Of a DNA stretch of 59,759 nt, positions 1-9,698 are shown in pieces. The position numbers were made by a program, and so were the translations under genes. The number at the start of each line of letters is the position of its first letter. Position 1 is the stretch's first letter. The DNA is taken from contig JAIPIN010000001.1 of the NCBI GenBank assembly GCA_021734665.1, positions 1-59,759 on the forward strand. The letters run 5' to 3'. The notes beneath the pieces were generated by a model that ran no database searches, was not told where the DNA came from, and saw only the letters and a program-made list of their open reading frames with translations. Source of the DNA: Kiritimatiellales bacterium (GTDB lineage: Bacteria; Patescibacteriota; Gracilibacteria; Peribacterales; Peribacteraceae).

Positions 1-2
1 AA

Positions 3-518
3 TGTGAACCATCTATTCATAACAAAGATCTTCCTTATGGTTGTGGAAACGATTGTCGTTTTGATTCTGAGCTTTGTGGTGATGGGAAACGAGACCCAGG
101 AGAAGAGTGTGATGCAGGAGGACGCAACTCAGATGTTCCAGGATCTACCTGTAGAACTAATTGCTCATCTCCTCGTTGTGGAGACGGAATACTAGATGCT
201 TACGAAGGATGTGATGACGGCAACCTCCTAATCGGCGATGGTTGTAATAACCAATGTAGAACAGAAGTAGCTTCAGCTTTTGCAACAGGGCTTGGATTCC
301 ATCAGTCATCTAATGTTCTTGGTCAACAAAACATTGCCTATCCTGGATATGCAAATCTAAATGCACTTCCATACCAGCTTCCACTAGCACCAATTGCTCA
401 ACTCACAACTTCAAGACCCCCAGAAGGAGATACGGGACCGGTTGCTATTGCAATAATGTCTGCTGGAGCTGCTGTAGGCTTTGCTGCAAGCAGGAGAAAA
501 AAGAAACAAAAGAGTTAA
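3..518 (+). CDS. 5'-truncated CDS (frame 3, start lies outside the window): C-terminal 171 aa of a secreted cysteine-rich-repeat protein ending in a hydrophobic helix plus basic tail
   Basis: Frame open from nt 3 to TAA 516-518; not in the start-anchored ORF track. Translation has repeated CGDG-x(5-7)-E-[EG]-CD-x-G...C-x3-C units (CGDGKRDPGEECDAGG..., CGDGILDAYEGCDDGNLLIGDGCNNQC) like the DUF4215/myxococcal cysteine-rich repeat. Tail is ...PPEGDTGPVAIAIMSAGAAVGFAASRRKKKQKS*. Confidence 0.7.
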   Translation, partial: CEPSIHNKDLPYGCGNDCRFDSELCGDGKRDPGEECDAGGRNSDVPGSTCRTNCSSPRCGDGILDAYEGCDDGNLLIGDGCNNQCRTEVASAFATGLGFHQSSNVLGQQNIAYPGYANLNALPYQLPLAPIAQLTTSRPPEGDTGPVAIAIMSAGAAVGFAASRRKKKQKS

Positions 519-585
519 AAGAGAGCCTATCTAACGTGGACTCTTTTTACTCATTTATCTCCTTTTGATTCTTTTTGTATTACCC

Positions 586-1434
586 TTATTTCTTCTTCAT
601 TCCTCTCAAAAACGCTTTCCTGTGTTTTCCGCTCATAGTTGGCAGAAGTGATGCGATTTTGTAAGCAATTCGTTTAAGCCCTGTTGGGTGGCGATCCAGA
701 TGTGGGAAATTTGTGATAGAGCGTCCAAGAGTTTCCATTCTTTCCAATGATTCTTCCAAAGAAAGTGGATGGTGATGAATTGCTTTTGCTTCTGGTTCGT
801 AAAAAAGCTGTAGTGGCACATTTTTTATCCGCTCTCCCCATTCCACATCTTCCCATCCGTATAGAGATAAATCTTCACGGAATGGATGTTCTTTAACAAT
901 GTCTGTAGGAACACTTATATGGCTTGTATAGGTGAATCGATGTTGTATCGGTTTAGGTATAAAATCTTTGGAATATGACTCGATTAGTGGATATCCAAAT
1001 TGCCATCCTGATTTCTCTAACCATTTCATTGCAGGTGTTACTTCTATATTTGGATCCCATGTTGTGTAACCTAAAACGGCCATAGAAAGAGGGCCGCCTT
1101 CTTCTGCTTGTTTAAGATGTGCATTGATATGTTTCTCGCATGCCTCGGGTTTAAGAAATATATCATCTCCAATGATTAGAGACCTAGAGGACTGTGCTTT
1201 TTCGATACCACGATTACGCGCAACTCCTTGCTGACATCTTCCGATCTCAATAAGTTTAATGGGCATTTTCCATTTCTTTTCTTTGCATACAATTGCAGTT
1301 TCTTCATCTGGTTCATCACTCACTATCACAACCTCAAGTGCTTCACATGCTGTTTGTTTTTCGATATGTTTTAGGCACTGCTCAAGAATTTTTGAGCGCT
1401 TGTGAGTAGGGATGATTACAGAGAGAGAAGGCAT
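586..1434 (-). CDS. family 2 glycosyltransferase
   Basis: 282-aa ORF; N-terminal LSVIIPTHKRSKILEQCL and acidic VSDEPDEE / IGDDIF motifs typical of GT-A/GT2 enzymes. Confidence 0.8.
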   Translation of the reverse strand: MPSLSVIIPTHKRSKILEQCLKHIEKQTACEALEVVIVSDEPDEETAIVCKEKKWKMPIKLIEIGRCQQGVARNRGIEKAQSSRSLIIGDDIFLKPEACEKHINAHLKQAEEGGPLSMAVLGYTTWDPNIEVTPAMKWLEKSGWQFGYPLIESYSKDFIPKPIQHRFTYTSHISVPTDIVKEHPFREDLSLYGWEDVEWGERIKNVPLQLFYEPEAKAIHHHPLSLEESLERMETLGRSITNFPHLDRHPTGLKRIAYKIASLLPTMSGKHRKAFLRGMKKK

Positions 1435-1440
1435 AAAAAA

Positions 1441-1531
1441 ATTGAGAATTCAGAATGCAGAATTAAGAATTACGGTACGCTATTTATAGTACATGGCTAA
1501 TTCTACATTTTTAATTCTAAATTCTAAATTC
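1441..1531. repeat. heptad-periodic imperfect inverted repeat H1 filling the divergent GT2/tsaB intergenic region
   Basis: Left arm gagaattcagaatgcagaattaagaatta (1444-1472, GAATNNA units) vs right arm taattctacatttttaattctaaattctaaattc (1498-1531); 22/29 positions complementary in manual alignment; 25-nt loop. Confidence 0.75.
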
Positions 1532-1536
1532 TTTAA

Positions 1537-2145
1537 ATGCATTGCCTATTTATAGATATAGCTAGTCACGATGGATTTATTGCTCTTCTTAGCGAAGAAG
1601 GAGTAGTTGGATCTATAGAAATTAATACTCGTATCAGGGATCATGAGCTTATTCCACTTGTGGAGGACATGATTAATAAGGCTGGTTGGAATTATAAAGA
1701 TTTGACTAATATTGCATGTGTAATCGGGCCTGGTGGATTTACAAGCTTGCGAGTTGCGGTTTCATTTGCCAATACTTTGATGGATCAGTTGGGTATTGAT
1801 GGGGCAGGAGTGCATTTATCAGATTTGTATTTAGAAAGGTCGAAAGGTCAGAAGGTCGAAAGGTCAGATGTCGTCTGGCTACACGCCACAAAGAGAGATT
1901 CAATATTTGTAAAAGGAAGCGAATGGACAGAGCCAACAATGGTTAAATTGGAAGATTTCAAAGAAAAAGTGCCTCAAGGATCTAAATGGATGGGGGAGCT
2001 TTTGGATGAACAAATCGAATATTTATCTTCAAAGGATCTGATTAAAGCAGAGCTTAAATCCATTGAAGAAGTGCTTCCTGAGCTGATTCTTAAGCAGAAA
2101 TTCGAATCTAAACCACTTGAGCCTTGGTATGGAAGGAATGGATAG
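1537..2145 (+). CDS. tsaB: tRNA threonylcarbamoyladenosine (t6A) biosynthesis protein TsaB (YeaZ family)
   Basis: 202 aa; N-terminal LFIDIAS...IALL and GPGGFTSLRVAVSFANTL (GPGSFTGLR-type motif of TsaB), C-terminal P-x-Y-G-R ending. Confidence 0.75.
   Translation: MHCLFIDIASHDGFIALLSEEGVVGSIEINTRIRDHELIPLVEDMINKAGWNYKDLTNIACVIGPGGFTSLRVAVSFANTLMDQLGIDGAGVHLSDLYLERSKGQKVERSDVVWLHATKRDSIFVKGSEWTEPTMVKLEDFKEKVPQGSKWMGELLDEQIEYLSSKDLIKAELKSIEEVLPELILKQKFESKPLEPWYGRNG
1836..1867. repeat. perfect 16-nt x2 tandem duplication (aaggtcgaaaggtcag) inside tsaB
   Basis: 1836-1851 and 1852-1867 are identical; each unit is itself made of aaggtcg/aaaggtcag sub-units; encodes low-complexity ERSKGQKVERSD. Confidence 0.9.
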
Positions 2146-2188
2146 ATTTCTAAAATCTTAATCACTTCTCTGCTATCATTTATCAGAA

Positions 2189-4906
2189 ATGTCTACGATA
2201 GATTTCTTGAACAAACTACTTGGCGATCCAAATGAGCGTGAACTTAAAAAGCTCAGGCCTAAAGTCGCAAAAGTAAAAAAGGCAACAGAGTTAGAAGATA
2301 TTAAAAAATTGCAGCTTGATGATCTTCCAAAGAAGACAGAAGAATTCAAAAAACGAATTCAAGCAGGAGAAACTGTAGATGATCTGATGCCTGAAGCATT
2401 CGCAACAGTTATCCGTGCATGTGAACTTATAAAAGGGAAAGAGGCAACACTCGGAAAGCAGAAATTTGTTTGGAACATGGTTCCGTTTGATGTTCAGATT
2501 CTTGGAGGAATAGTTCTACATGAAGGAAATATCTCCGAGATGAAAACAGGAGAAGGAAAAACGCTCGTATGTACGATGCCTGTGTATCTGAATGCATTAG
2601 AAGGGAAAGGGGTACATGTTGTTACAGTTAATGATTACCTAGCAAAGCGTGATGCAGTTTGGATGGGAATGCTTTACGAAGCTCTTGGCCTAACAGTTGG
2701 CTCTGTTTTGCATGAAAAAAGTAACGAAGAAAGAAAGCAGTCGTATGCATGTGATGTTACTTATGGGACGAATAATGAGTTCGGTTTTGACTATCTGCGT
2801 GACAATATGACCAGCTCTATTGAGCGTCAGGTTCAGCGTGGATTGCACTATGCCATTGTTGATGAAGTAGACAGTATTTTGGTAGATGAGGCACGCACGC
2901 CTCTTATTATTAGTCAGCCTGCAGATGAATCAACTTCTAAGTATATGCAATATGCGCAGATGGCTAAGAGTCTTAAAGAAAATGTTCATTACAACAAAGA
3001 TGAGAAGCAACGCGTCGCAACTCTTACAGAAGAAGGAATAAAACATATGGAAGAGCTACTTGGGGTTGATAATATTTACACGGATAAAGGTTTTGAAGAA
3101 GTGCACCATATAGAGCAAGCGCTAAGGGCACATGCAATTTATGAATTAGATGTGGATTATGTGGTTAAAGACGGTGAGGTAATAATTGTAGATGAGTTCA
3201 CAGGACGCCTAATGCCAGGACGTCGATATGGCCACGGCCTTCATCAGGCAGTTGAGGCAAAAGAAGGTGTAGAGGTTCAGCGCGAAAGTAAGACTCTTGC
3301 GACAATAACCTTTCAAAACTATTTCCGTTTATACAACAAGCTTGCAGGAATGACTGGAACGGCAAAAACAGAAGCGGAAGAATTCGAATCTATCTATGAA
3401 TTGCGAACCATTGTGATCCCAACCAATAAGCCTCTTCAGCGTGATGATAAGGCAGATGCAATTTATCGAACTGTAGAAGCAAAATTTAAAGCAGTTGCAA
3501 AAATTGCTAAGGAAAAACACGAAAAAGGTCAGCCAGTTTTAATTGGAACTACATCGATAGATAAATCTGAGGCTCTTTCTAAATTGCTAGACATAGAAAA
3601 GGTGCCTCATAATGTTCTGAATGCTAAGCAGCATGAAAAGGAGGCGGATATTGTAGCAGGGGCAGGACAAAAAGGAGCGATTACAATTGCTACCAATATG
3701 GCAGGGCGAGGAACAGACATTAAGCTAGAAGAGGGGGTTACAGATTTGGGTGGACTATGCATTATGGGTACAGAACGTCATGAAGCACGTCGAATCGATA
3801 ACCAGTTGCGTGGTCGTGCAGGACGCCAAGGAGATCCAGGAGAGAGTAGATTTTTTGTCTCTATGGAAGATGATCTTATGCGACTATTTGGTGGCGATCG
3901 ACTAAAAACAATGATGGAAAGGCTCAAGGTTCCAGATGATGTTCCGCTAGAAAATAAAATTGTCTCTCGCTCTATAGAGAGTGCGCAAAAGAAAGTAGAA
4001 GGCAGAAACTTTGATATTCGTCGTCACGTGGTTCAGTACGATGACGTAATGAACAAACACCGCGAGATTATTTATACAAGGAGACAAAAGATATTGGTTC
4101 GGCTGAAGGATGCAGAGGAGTCAAATAACTCAAATGATTCAAAGGATCAGCCATTGCATGAGGATATTATTGAAGCTCTTAAAGGGGAGGCACAGTCTAT
4201 GGTAGATGTGCATGTTGCAGGTAACGATCCAGAGAAGTGGAACTTGCAAGAAGTGCATGAGATTCTCGCAGCACTACATCCTCAGTTAGTAGAAATTGTT
4301 ACACTCGAAAAGCTCAAGGCGTTTAATGATCGTGATAAATTGCATGACTCAATCGAAAAACTTCTTTTGGATTTCTTCGATGCAAAATGTAAAGATTTTG
4401 ATCCGCAGACCGTTGCACAAGCTGAGCAAGTGGTGACACTACGCTCGATCGATACACACTGGATGTCTCATATTGATGAGATGTCTCATTTGCGTGAACA
4501 GGTTGCTTTTTCTGGATACGCACAACGAGATCCTCTTATTGAATACAAGGATCAAGGCTTCCGACGATTCCAGCAGCTTTTGGCAGCTATAGATTCGTCG
4601 ATTGTACGCACGCTTATGCAAATCGACTTCTTGCAATTCTCTCCACAGGCTTTCTTGTCTCGTGCACAGGCAGAGGTGGAGTCTTTGCAGACAAACGAGG
4701 ACCAGATTGAAGCAGAGCTTTCTCAAACCGGTGTGGCCGGATCAGCCCAGAAGCAAGTGCAAAATCCTGCCATTATGCAGAATCCTCAAGCTGTGGCCCG
4801 TCAAATATCGGCTCAAATCCCTAGAGATATAGATAAGGTTGGTAGAAATGATCCATGTCCTTGCGGATCGGGCAAGAAATATAAGAAATGCTGTGGAGCG
4901 CTATAG
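2189..4906 (+). CDS. secA: preprotein translocase ATPase SecA
   Basis: 905 aa; [38 protein letters not shown] motor motifs and C-terminal zinc finger [14 protein letters not shown]. Confidence 0.97.
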   Translation: MSTIDFLNKLLGDPNERELKKLRPKVAKVKKATELEDIKKLQLDDLPKKTEEFKKRIQAGETVDDLMPEAFATVIRACELIKGKEATLGKQKFVWNMVPFDVQILGGIVLHEGNISEMKTGEGKTLVCTMPVYLNALEGKGVHVVTVNDYLAKRDAVWMGMLYEALGLTVGSVLHEKSNEERKQSYACDVTYGTNNEFGFDYLRDNMTSSIERQVQRGLHYAIVDEVDSILVDEARTPLIISQPADESTSKYMQYAQMAKSLKENVHYNKDEKQRVATLTEEGIKHMEELLGVDNIYTDKGFEEVHHIEQALRAHAIYELDVDYVVKDGEVIIVDEFTGRLMPGRRYGHGLHQAVEAKEGVEVQRESKTLATITFQNYFRLYNKLAGMTGTAKTEAEEFESIYELRTIVIPTNKPLQRDDKADAIYRTVEAKFKAVAKIAKEKHEKGQPVLIGTTSIDKSEALSKLLDIEKVPHNVLNAKQHEKEADIVAGAGQKGAITIATNMAGRGTDIKLEEGVTDLGGLCIMGTERHEARRIDNQLRGRAGRQGDPGESRFFVSMEDDLMRLFGGDRLKTMMERLKVPDDVPLENKIVSRSIESAQKKVEGRNFDIRRHVVQYDDVMNKHREIIYTRRQKILVRLKDAEESNNSNDSKDQPLHEDIIEALKGEAQSMVDVHVAGNDPEKWNLQEVHEILAALHPQLVEIVTLEKLKAFNDRDKLHDSIEKLLLDFFDAKCKDFDPQTVAQAEQVVTLRSIDTHWMSHIDEMSHLREQVAFSGYAQRDPLIEYKDQGFRRFQQLLAAIDSSIVRTLMQIDFLQFSPQAFLSRAQAEVESLQTNEDQIEAELSQTGVAGSAQKQVQNPAIMQNPQAVARQISAQIPRDIDKVGRNDPCPCGSGKKYKKCCGAL

Positions 4907-5003
4907 AGTATTAGATTAATAGAATATTGGAATATTAGGGTCACAAAGCCTTATTATGTCTGTTCCCAATATTCTATTATTCCAATATTCTATTATTCCA
5001 ATT
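4907..5003. repeat. imperfect inverted repeat H2 between secA and holB; right arm is a 16-nt tandem repeat
   Basis: Left arm ...attaatagaatattggaatattaggg (to 4940) pairs with right arm cccaatattctattattccaatattctattattccaatt (4965-5003); ccaatattctattatt occurs at 4966-4981 and 4982-4997, followed by the partial copy ccaatt. Confidence 0.75.
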
Positions 5004-5975
5004 ATGGTGAAGTCTCAGCAAATCGTCGGCCACCAAATCCAGCGAGATCAGCTTCTCGCAGATATTGAGCAGGATAATGTAGCGCATGCATATTTGTTTA
5101 GCGGCTCAAGCAATTTAGGCAAGATGCCTATTGCGCGCTGGTTTGCACAGAAGCTTTTGTTGCAAGGCGTTCCCGATGAAAAAATTAAAGATACACAAGG
5201 TCAGATAGAGAAACTAGTTCACCCAGATTTAATGGTACTTGATCAATTATGGATTGATGGAGTTTGTGATGATTGGGATATAATTGCTAGAACATCAAAT
5301 GTACCACAACAACACCGATCAAAAAAACCTCCTGCAAAAACAGACATAATCAGTATTGATGATGTGCGTGGGTTACAAGATAGTCTTTATGAAACTGGAA
5401 CAGGAATATGGCGCTGTTGCATTATTCGCTCCATGGAGAGAATGCAAGATACTGCTGCAAGTGCGTTCTTGAAAATATTGGAAGAACCGCCCAAGGGGGT
5501 TGTTTTTATTCTTACAACACAAGAGTTATCATCACTTTTGCCAACAGTTGTATCTCGTGCACGCGTTGTTCGGTTCCATCGTCTTGCATACCCCGAACTC
5601 CATCCGCTTTTAGAAGGTGTTTCTGAAGATGACGCAAAATTTATTTTGCATTTATCCCAAGGGGCTCCAGGAAGGCTTGTTAATCTGCGTGATGACCCTG
5701 ATCTACTTCGCGAGCAGAGGCTTATGCACTCCAAGGCAGTTTCGTTTTGGAAATCTAAAGTGCTTAGAGAAAGACTTTCTCTTCTTAAGCCTCTTCACCA
5801 GCGTGGCGAAGAATCAAAACAGTTTTTACAGCATTTATCTTTAGCTTTGCGAGAGCAAATTTCTAGTGATTCTGCAGCAAATGTATCAGCACTTATGGAA
5901 TTATCGGAAGGACTTAAAACCAATGCACACAGGCAATTGCTCACTCAGCGCTTTGCTCTCCGTTGTGGAATTTAA
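5004..5975 (+). CDS. holB: DNA polymerase III delta-prime subunit (clamp-loader AAA+), start moved to ATG 5004
   Basis: AHAYLFSGSSNLGK, KILEEPPKGVVFILTT and VVSRARVVRF motifs of HolB/DnaX-like clamp-loader subunits; the 16 extra N-terminal residues in the track ORF (4956) are encoded by repeat H2. Confidence 0.8.
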   Translation: MVKSQQIVGHQIQRDQLLADIEQDNVAHAYLFSGSSNLGKMPIARWFAQKLLLQGVPDEKIKDTQGQIEKLVHPDLMVLDQLWIDGVCDDWDIIARTSNVPQQHRSKKPPAKTDIISIDDVRGLQDSLYETGTGIWRCCIIRSMERMQDTAASAFLKILEEPPKGVVFILTTQELSSLLPTVVSRARVVRFHRLAYPELHPLLEGVSEDDAKFILHLSQGAPGRLVNLRDDPDLLREQRLMHSKAVSFWKSKVLRERLSLLKPLHQRGEESKQFLQHLSLALREQISSDSAANVSALMELSEGLKTNAHRQLLTQRFALRCGI

Positions 5976-6047
5976 TATTAAGCCACTTAAAACACATTAA
6001 TAACAAGCCTTAGACCATATATATAATGACGATTCTACTTGTCAAAT

Positions 6048-6068
6048 GTTAACGGTTAACTGTTAAAT
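6048..6068. repeat. three tandem heptads gttaacg/gttaact/gttaaat (each carrying palindromic GTTAAC or near copy) abutting the next start codon
   Basis: Read directly at 6048-6068; overlaps ATG 6067. Confidence 0.6.
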
Positions 6069-6840
6069 GTGTGCCGTGGTATATGTATTAGTCCTTTTCG
6101 GCTCTTTTCTAGTTATTTGTAGTATTGTATTGGGGCGAATGTTGCTTAAAAATCGCTCAGTTCGCAAATATGTAAGAAACATGAGACAGCGTATTCAATC
6201 CGCTGAAGATCGTGGTGCTGTAATTTTGGACGAGACCCCACTAGAAAAGCCAAAAAGAGATATGCGCACTACTGCGATTCAATTGCAAAAATCGCGCACA
6301 TTTTTACATCGTGCAGAGAAGGCAATTGCTCAAGGCAAATTTGACATCGCTGAAGGATTACTTATTCAAGCGCTTACTGTAGATCCAGATGCGCATGATG
6401 TACGTGCACAATTAGCTAAGCTATATCTAGATGAAAAGAGAGATTCAAAAGCAGAAGCTATGTATAAAGAGCTTTTACAATTTAAAGATGATGCATCTTT
6501 CCGTGCGAATCTTGGTCTTGCCTATTACAGGCAAGAGAAGTTTGATCTAGCATGCGAAGCCTATCAGGCAGCACTAGATAGAGATTCGCAGAATCCTGAG
6601 CGCCTTGCCGCCCTTGGGAGGGCCTGTGTTGCAGCTAGACACTATGAAGATGCCACTCTTCTATTAGATAAGGCAACAGCTCGTCTTTCGCGTGATACGG
6701 AATTGCTAGGGCTATTAGCTGAGTGTGCTATGCAAATAGGGGACAAAGAGAAAGCAGAGGAAACATATCGTAGAATTAATAAAATAGAGCCATATAATCA
6801 GGATGTGAAAGATAAGCTAGCAGAATTGGCAAGTGCTTAA
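6067..6840 (+). CDS. membrane-anchored tetratricopeptide-repeat protein
   Basis: 257 aa; N-terminal hydrophobic helix (VVYVLVLFGSFLVICSIVLG) followed by several 34-aa TPR-like units (AEGLLIQALTVDPDAHDV..., ACEAYQAALDRDSQNPE..., AEETYRRINKIEPYNQDV). Confidence 0.7.
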   Translation: MCAVVYVLVLFGSFLVICSIVLGRMLLKNRSVRKYVRNMRQRIQSAEDRGAVILDETPLEKPKRDMRTTAIQLQKSRTFLHRAEKAIAQGKFDIAEGLLIQALTVDPDAHDVRAQLAKLYLDEKRDSKAEAMYKELLQFKDDASFRANLGLAYYRQEKFDLACEAYQAALDRDSQNPERLAALGRACVAARHYEDATLLLDKATARLSRDTELLGLLAECAMQIGDKEKAEETYRRINKIEPYNQDVKDKLAELASA

Positions 6841-6885
6841 AAAAGATGTGCTTGCCGATATGCAGTTTATGCTATTCTTATTTTA

Positions 6886-7644
6886 ATGTTGATGACTACA
6901 TCTTGGGATGATGGCTATGAATTAGACTTGGAGATTGCTCAGGTTCTACAGGACTATAACTGCACGGGGACATTTTATGTATGTCCGAAAAAAAATAAGA
7001 ATAAGTCAAAACTTACAGTAGATGATGTCTTTGATCTTTCCAAGCGACACGAGATTGGAGCACATAGCGTGACTCATCCATGGCTTCCAGATTTGGCTCC
7101 TGTGGATATAGAAAGAGAGATTCTTCAGAGTAAGCAATGGGTTGAGGGTATTACAAATAAAGAATGTAAAATGTTTTGTTATCCTTATGGCGCAAATAAT
7201 GCACATGCAAGAAAATATGTAGAGAAAGCAGGGTTTTTAGGGGCTCGTACGGTTGAATCTCTTCAATTCTCTATGGCCAATCAGTATGCAATGCCAACTA
7301 CTTTGCAAGTCGCACCTTTTCCAGGTCGAAAAGAGTTCAAGCAGTGGTGGCACAAGATAGATATGTTTGGACCTCTGCGTGTAAAATTGCCGCGCTTATT
7401 GGAATTACACGTACCTCTCGGTGCAATGAAAAGTTGGTTGCAACTTGCTGGGGCATTATTGATACATGCTATTGAAAATGATGAACCTTACTTCCATCTT
7501 TGGGGGCATAGCGATGAAATCGAACGATATGAAATGTGGGATCAGTTGGAAAAATTTCTTGAGTTTGCGAATGCTAATGAGGTGAAGTGTGTCACTAATA
7601 GCGAGCTGCTTGAATCACTCATTGGGCAAAATAAAACAGAATAA
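6886..7644 (+). CDS. polysaccharide deacetylase (NodB-homology) family protein
   Basis: 252 aa; TSWDDGY...GTFYV, GAHSVTHPWL, CYPYG motifs of NodB-type deacetylases. Confidence 0.75.
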   Translation: MLMTTSWDDGYELDLEIAQVLQDYNCTGTFYVCPKKNKNKSKLTVDDVFDLSKRHEIGAHSVTHPWLPDLAPVDIEREILQSKQWVEGITNKECKMFCYPYGANNAHARKYVEKAGFLGARTVESLQFSMANQYAMPTTLQVAPFPGRKEFKQWWHKIDMFGPLRVKLPRLLELHVPLGAMKSWLQLAGALLIHAIENDEPYFHLWGHSDEIERYEMWDQLEKFLEFANANEVKCVTNSELLESLIGQNKTE

Positions 7645-7649
7645 ACCAA

Positions 7650-7934
7650 TCAATCTTCTGCGAGTTCTATTTCACAGTCTCCATGGATCTGTGCTTGGCA
7701 TCCTAGGCGATCTGAATCTTCTGTGATTCCCATATTCTCTTCTCTGTCGTTTCTAGGACTTAAGTTTTCTGATCCTTTGTTTACCTTGCAGCGACACGTA
7801 GTGCAGAAACCATTACCTCCGCATGCATGCTCCATTGGTATACCTTCTCTTAAGGCTGCTTCCAACAGACTTTCGCCCTCTTTAGCTTCTACGTCTATTT
7901 TTTTACCGTCATAGGTAAAGGTGATTTTTGGCAT
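7650..7934 (-). CDS. [2Fe-2S] ferredoxin
   Basis: 94 aa; C-x5-C-x2-C ... C ligand pattern (ACGGNGFCTTCRC ... LGCQ); lies divergent to sufC. Confidence 0.85.
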   Translation of the reverse strand: MPKITFTYDGKKIDVEAKEGESLLEAALREGIPMEHACGGNGFCTTCRCKVNKGSENLSPRNDREENMGITEDSDRLGCQAQIHGDCEIELAED

Positions 7935-7939
7935 AAAAA

Positions 7940-8021
7940 GAATTGAGAATTAAGAATTGAGAATTAAGAATTAAAGTATAATCCTACTCCATTCTTCATT
8001 ATTAATTATTCATTTTCAATC
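7940..8021. repeat. heptad-periodic imperfect inverted repeat H3 filling the divergent ferredoxin/sufC intergenic region
   Basis: Left arm (gaattgagaattaa)x2 + gaattaa (7940-7974) vs right arm attcttcattattaattattcattttcaatc (7991-8021); 24/31 complementary by manual alignment; TATAAT at 7977-7982 sits in the loop. Confidence 0.75.
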
Positions 8022-8029
8022 AATAATTC

Positions 8030-8791
8030 ATGTCTTCTCTCCTATCCATCTCCAATCTCCATATTTCTGTAGATAAGCAGGAGATCATTCATGGGTTGAA
8101 TTTAGAAGTTCCTAACGGGGAAGTGCATGCAATTATGGGTCCTAATGGATCGGGGAAATCTACATTGGTGAATTCTTTGATGGGACATCCGGCTTATAGT
8201 ATTACAAGCGGCGAGGTTCTACTTGATGGCAAAGATATACTGAAAATGGAAACGCATGAGCGTGCGCAGGCTGGATTATTTCTTGCATTCCAATATCCCA
8301 AAACAATAAGTGGAGTAAGCGTGCGCAATTTTCTATTTGCAGCATATACAGCACAGATGGCGTTTAGGTATCCAGACAAAAGGAAGATTTCACCTATTAC
8401 ATTTCAAGCACTTTTGCAGCAGAAAATGGAACTTTTACATTTAGACTTTGCGTTTTCTGATCGCAATGTGAACGAAGGCTTTTCTGGAGGGGAGAAAAAG
8501 AAATTGGAAATATTGCAGATGCTTATCTTGGAACCAATATTTGCATTGTTAGACGAGACTGACTCTGGCTTGGATATAGATGCGTTAAAAATAGTTGCAG
8601 ATGGTGTGAATCTTATGAGGTCAGGAAAATTTTCGTGTCTATTAGTAACACATTATGCACGTATTCTGAATTACGTTACTCCAGATAAAATTCATGTCAT
8701 GAAACAAGGCCAGATTATAGAAAGTGGAGGAGCAGATCTGGCACAGAGGCTAGAAAAAGAAGGTTATGAGCAAATTGTAGCCAAGTCATAG
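8030..8791 (+). CDS. sufC: Fe-S cluster assembly ATPase SufC
   Basis: 253 aa; Walker A GPNGSGKST, signature FSGGEKKK, Walker B LDETDSGLD; overall SufC-like N-terminus (LSISNLHISV). Confidence 0.93.
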   Translation: MSSLLSISNLHISVDKQEIIHGLNLEVPNGEVHAIMGPNGSGKSTLVNSLMGHPAYSITSGEVLLDGKDILKMETHERAQAGLFLAFQYPKTISGVSVRNFLFAAYTAQMAFRYPDKRKISPITFQALLQQKMELLHLDFAFSDRNVNEGFSGGEKKKLEILQMLILEPIFALLDETDSGLDIDALKIVADGVNLMRSGKFSCLLVTHYARILNYVTPDKIHVMKQGQIIESGGADLAQRLEKEGYEQIVAKS

Positions 8792-8922
8792 TGCCAAAAA
8801 ACAGCAAGAAGACTTTTCGATTGAATCGTCACTTTATTGATATTCATTTGTCTAATACAGTATGATCTCTGCTCGCTTTGGGCAGTGCGAATATTTTCTT
8901 TCATTCTCTTCCAATTATACTT

Positions 8923-9672
8923 ATGGATAACAATACATGTATGCGTCATCCAGTATGGCTTCCAATTATTTTGGCTCTAATTGTTGGGGGGCTATACATC
9001 ACAGGAAAATATATAGAAAGCCAAGACTTAAGGCCTGTAACAATCTCTGTAAACGGAGAGGGCAAGATTATGGCTGTTCCAGATATTGCAGAGCTAAGCT
9101 TTGGTGTACAGACCGGACGTCAAGAAACAGCAGAAAAGGCTATGGAAATTCTTACAAATAAGATGACTGCAGTTTTTGATGCAGTTAAAGCATTAGATAT
9201 AGATGAAAAAGATATAATGACTCAATCTTTATCGCTTAATCCATCTTACGATTGGGATGAGGGGAAAAGAACAGATGAAGGGTTCGAAGCAAACCAGAAC
9301 CTACGTGTAAAAATCCGCGACCTTGATCAAATGAGTGCAGTACTTTCTGCTGCGACTTCTGCTGGAGCAAACCAAGCAGGTAGTGTCGGGTTCACTATTG
9401 ATGATCCTGAGGAACTAAGAGCTCAGGCGCGTGAAAAGGCTATTAAGAATGCAGAAGAGAAGGCACAAGCATTAGCTGCTCAGCTAGGCAAAAGCGTTGG
9501 GAAGCTAAAAGGATTTAACGAAGGGGGTGGATATTACGAGCCACGCTATGAGAAAGCGATGGCTATGGATATGGCAGGTGGTATGGGTGGCGGAGGCCAA
9601 GTTGCTCCACCGATTCCTGCAGGAGAACAAGAAATTAATGTAACTGTATCACTCGTTTACGAGCTTAAATAA
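8923..9672 (+). CDS. SIMPL/DUF541-family periplasmic-type protein (start uncertain: ATG 8923 or 8941; track uses TTG 8878)
   Basis: N-terminal TM (WLPIILALIVGGLYI), then ISVNGEGKIMAVPDIAELSFGVQT and C-terminal GEQEINVTVSLVYEL, characteristic of SIMPL-domain proteins. Confidence 0.7.
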   Translation: MDNNTCMRHPVWLPIILALIVGGLYITGKYIESQDLRPVTISVNGEGKIMAVPDIAELSFGVQTGRQETAEKAMEILTNKMTAVFDAVKALDIDEKDIMTQSLSLNPSYDWDEGKRTDEGFEANQNLRVKIRDLDQMSAVLSAATSAGANQAGSVGFTIDDPEELRAQAREKAIKNAEEKAQALAAQLGKSVGKLKGFNEGGGYYEPRYEKAMAMDMAGGMGGGGQVAPPIPAGEQEINVTVSLVYELK

Positions 9673-9698
9673 CTATAGTAATTCTATATTCTCATAGG

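Noticed and set aside
4-195. Track ORF 4..195 (+), 63 aa
   Set aside because: It is out of frame with the much longer frame-3 reading frame (3..518), which encodes recognisable Cys-rich repeats and a membrane anchor. The 63-aa product is low-complexity hydrophobic noise.
518-585. Bidirectional terminator between the Cys-rich protein gene and the convergent GT2
   Set aside because: Only a weak aaagag/ctcttt pairing with a long loop could be drawn, which is not convincing enough to annotate.
4956-5003. N-terminal extensions of several track ORFs (holB 4956, permease 12722, SIMPL 8878, HlyD 16667, GT-C 28293, 30058..31002, WbuX-like 39899, methyltransferase 57593)
   Set aside because: The extensions use GTG/TTG or upstream ATGs, run through repeat hairpins or AT-rich spacers, and add non-homologous residues. 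Paralog alignment (permeases) or family N-termini support the internal ATGs I used.
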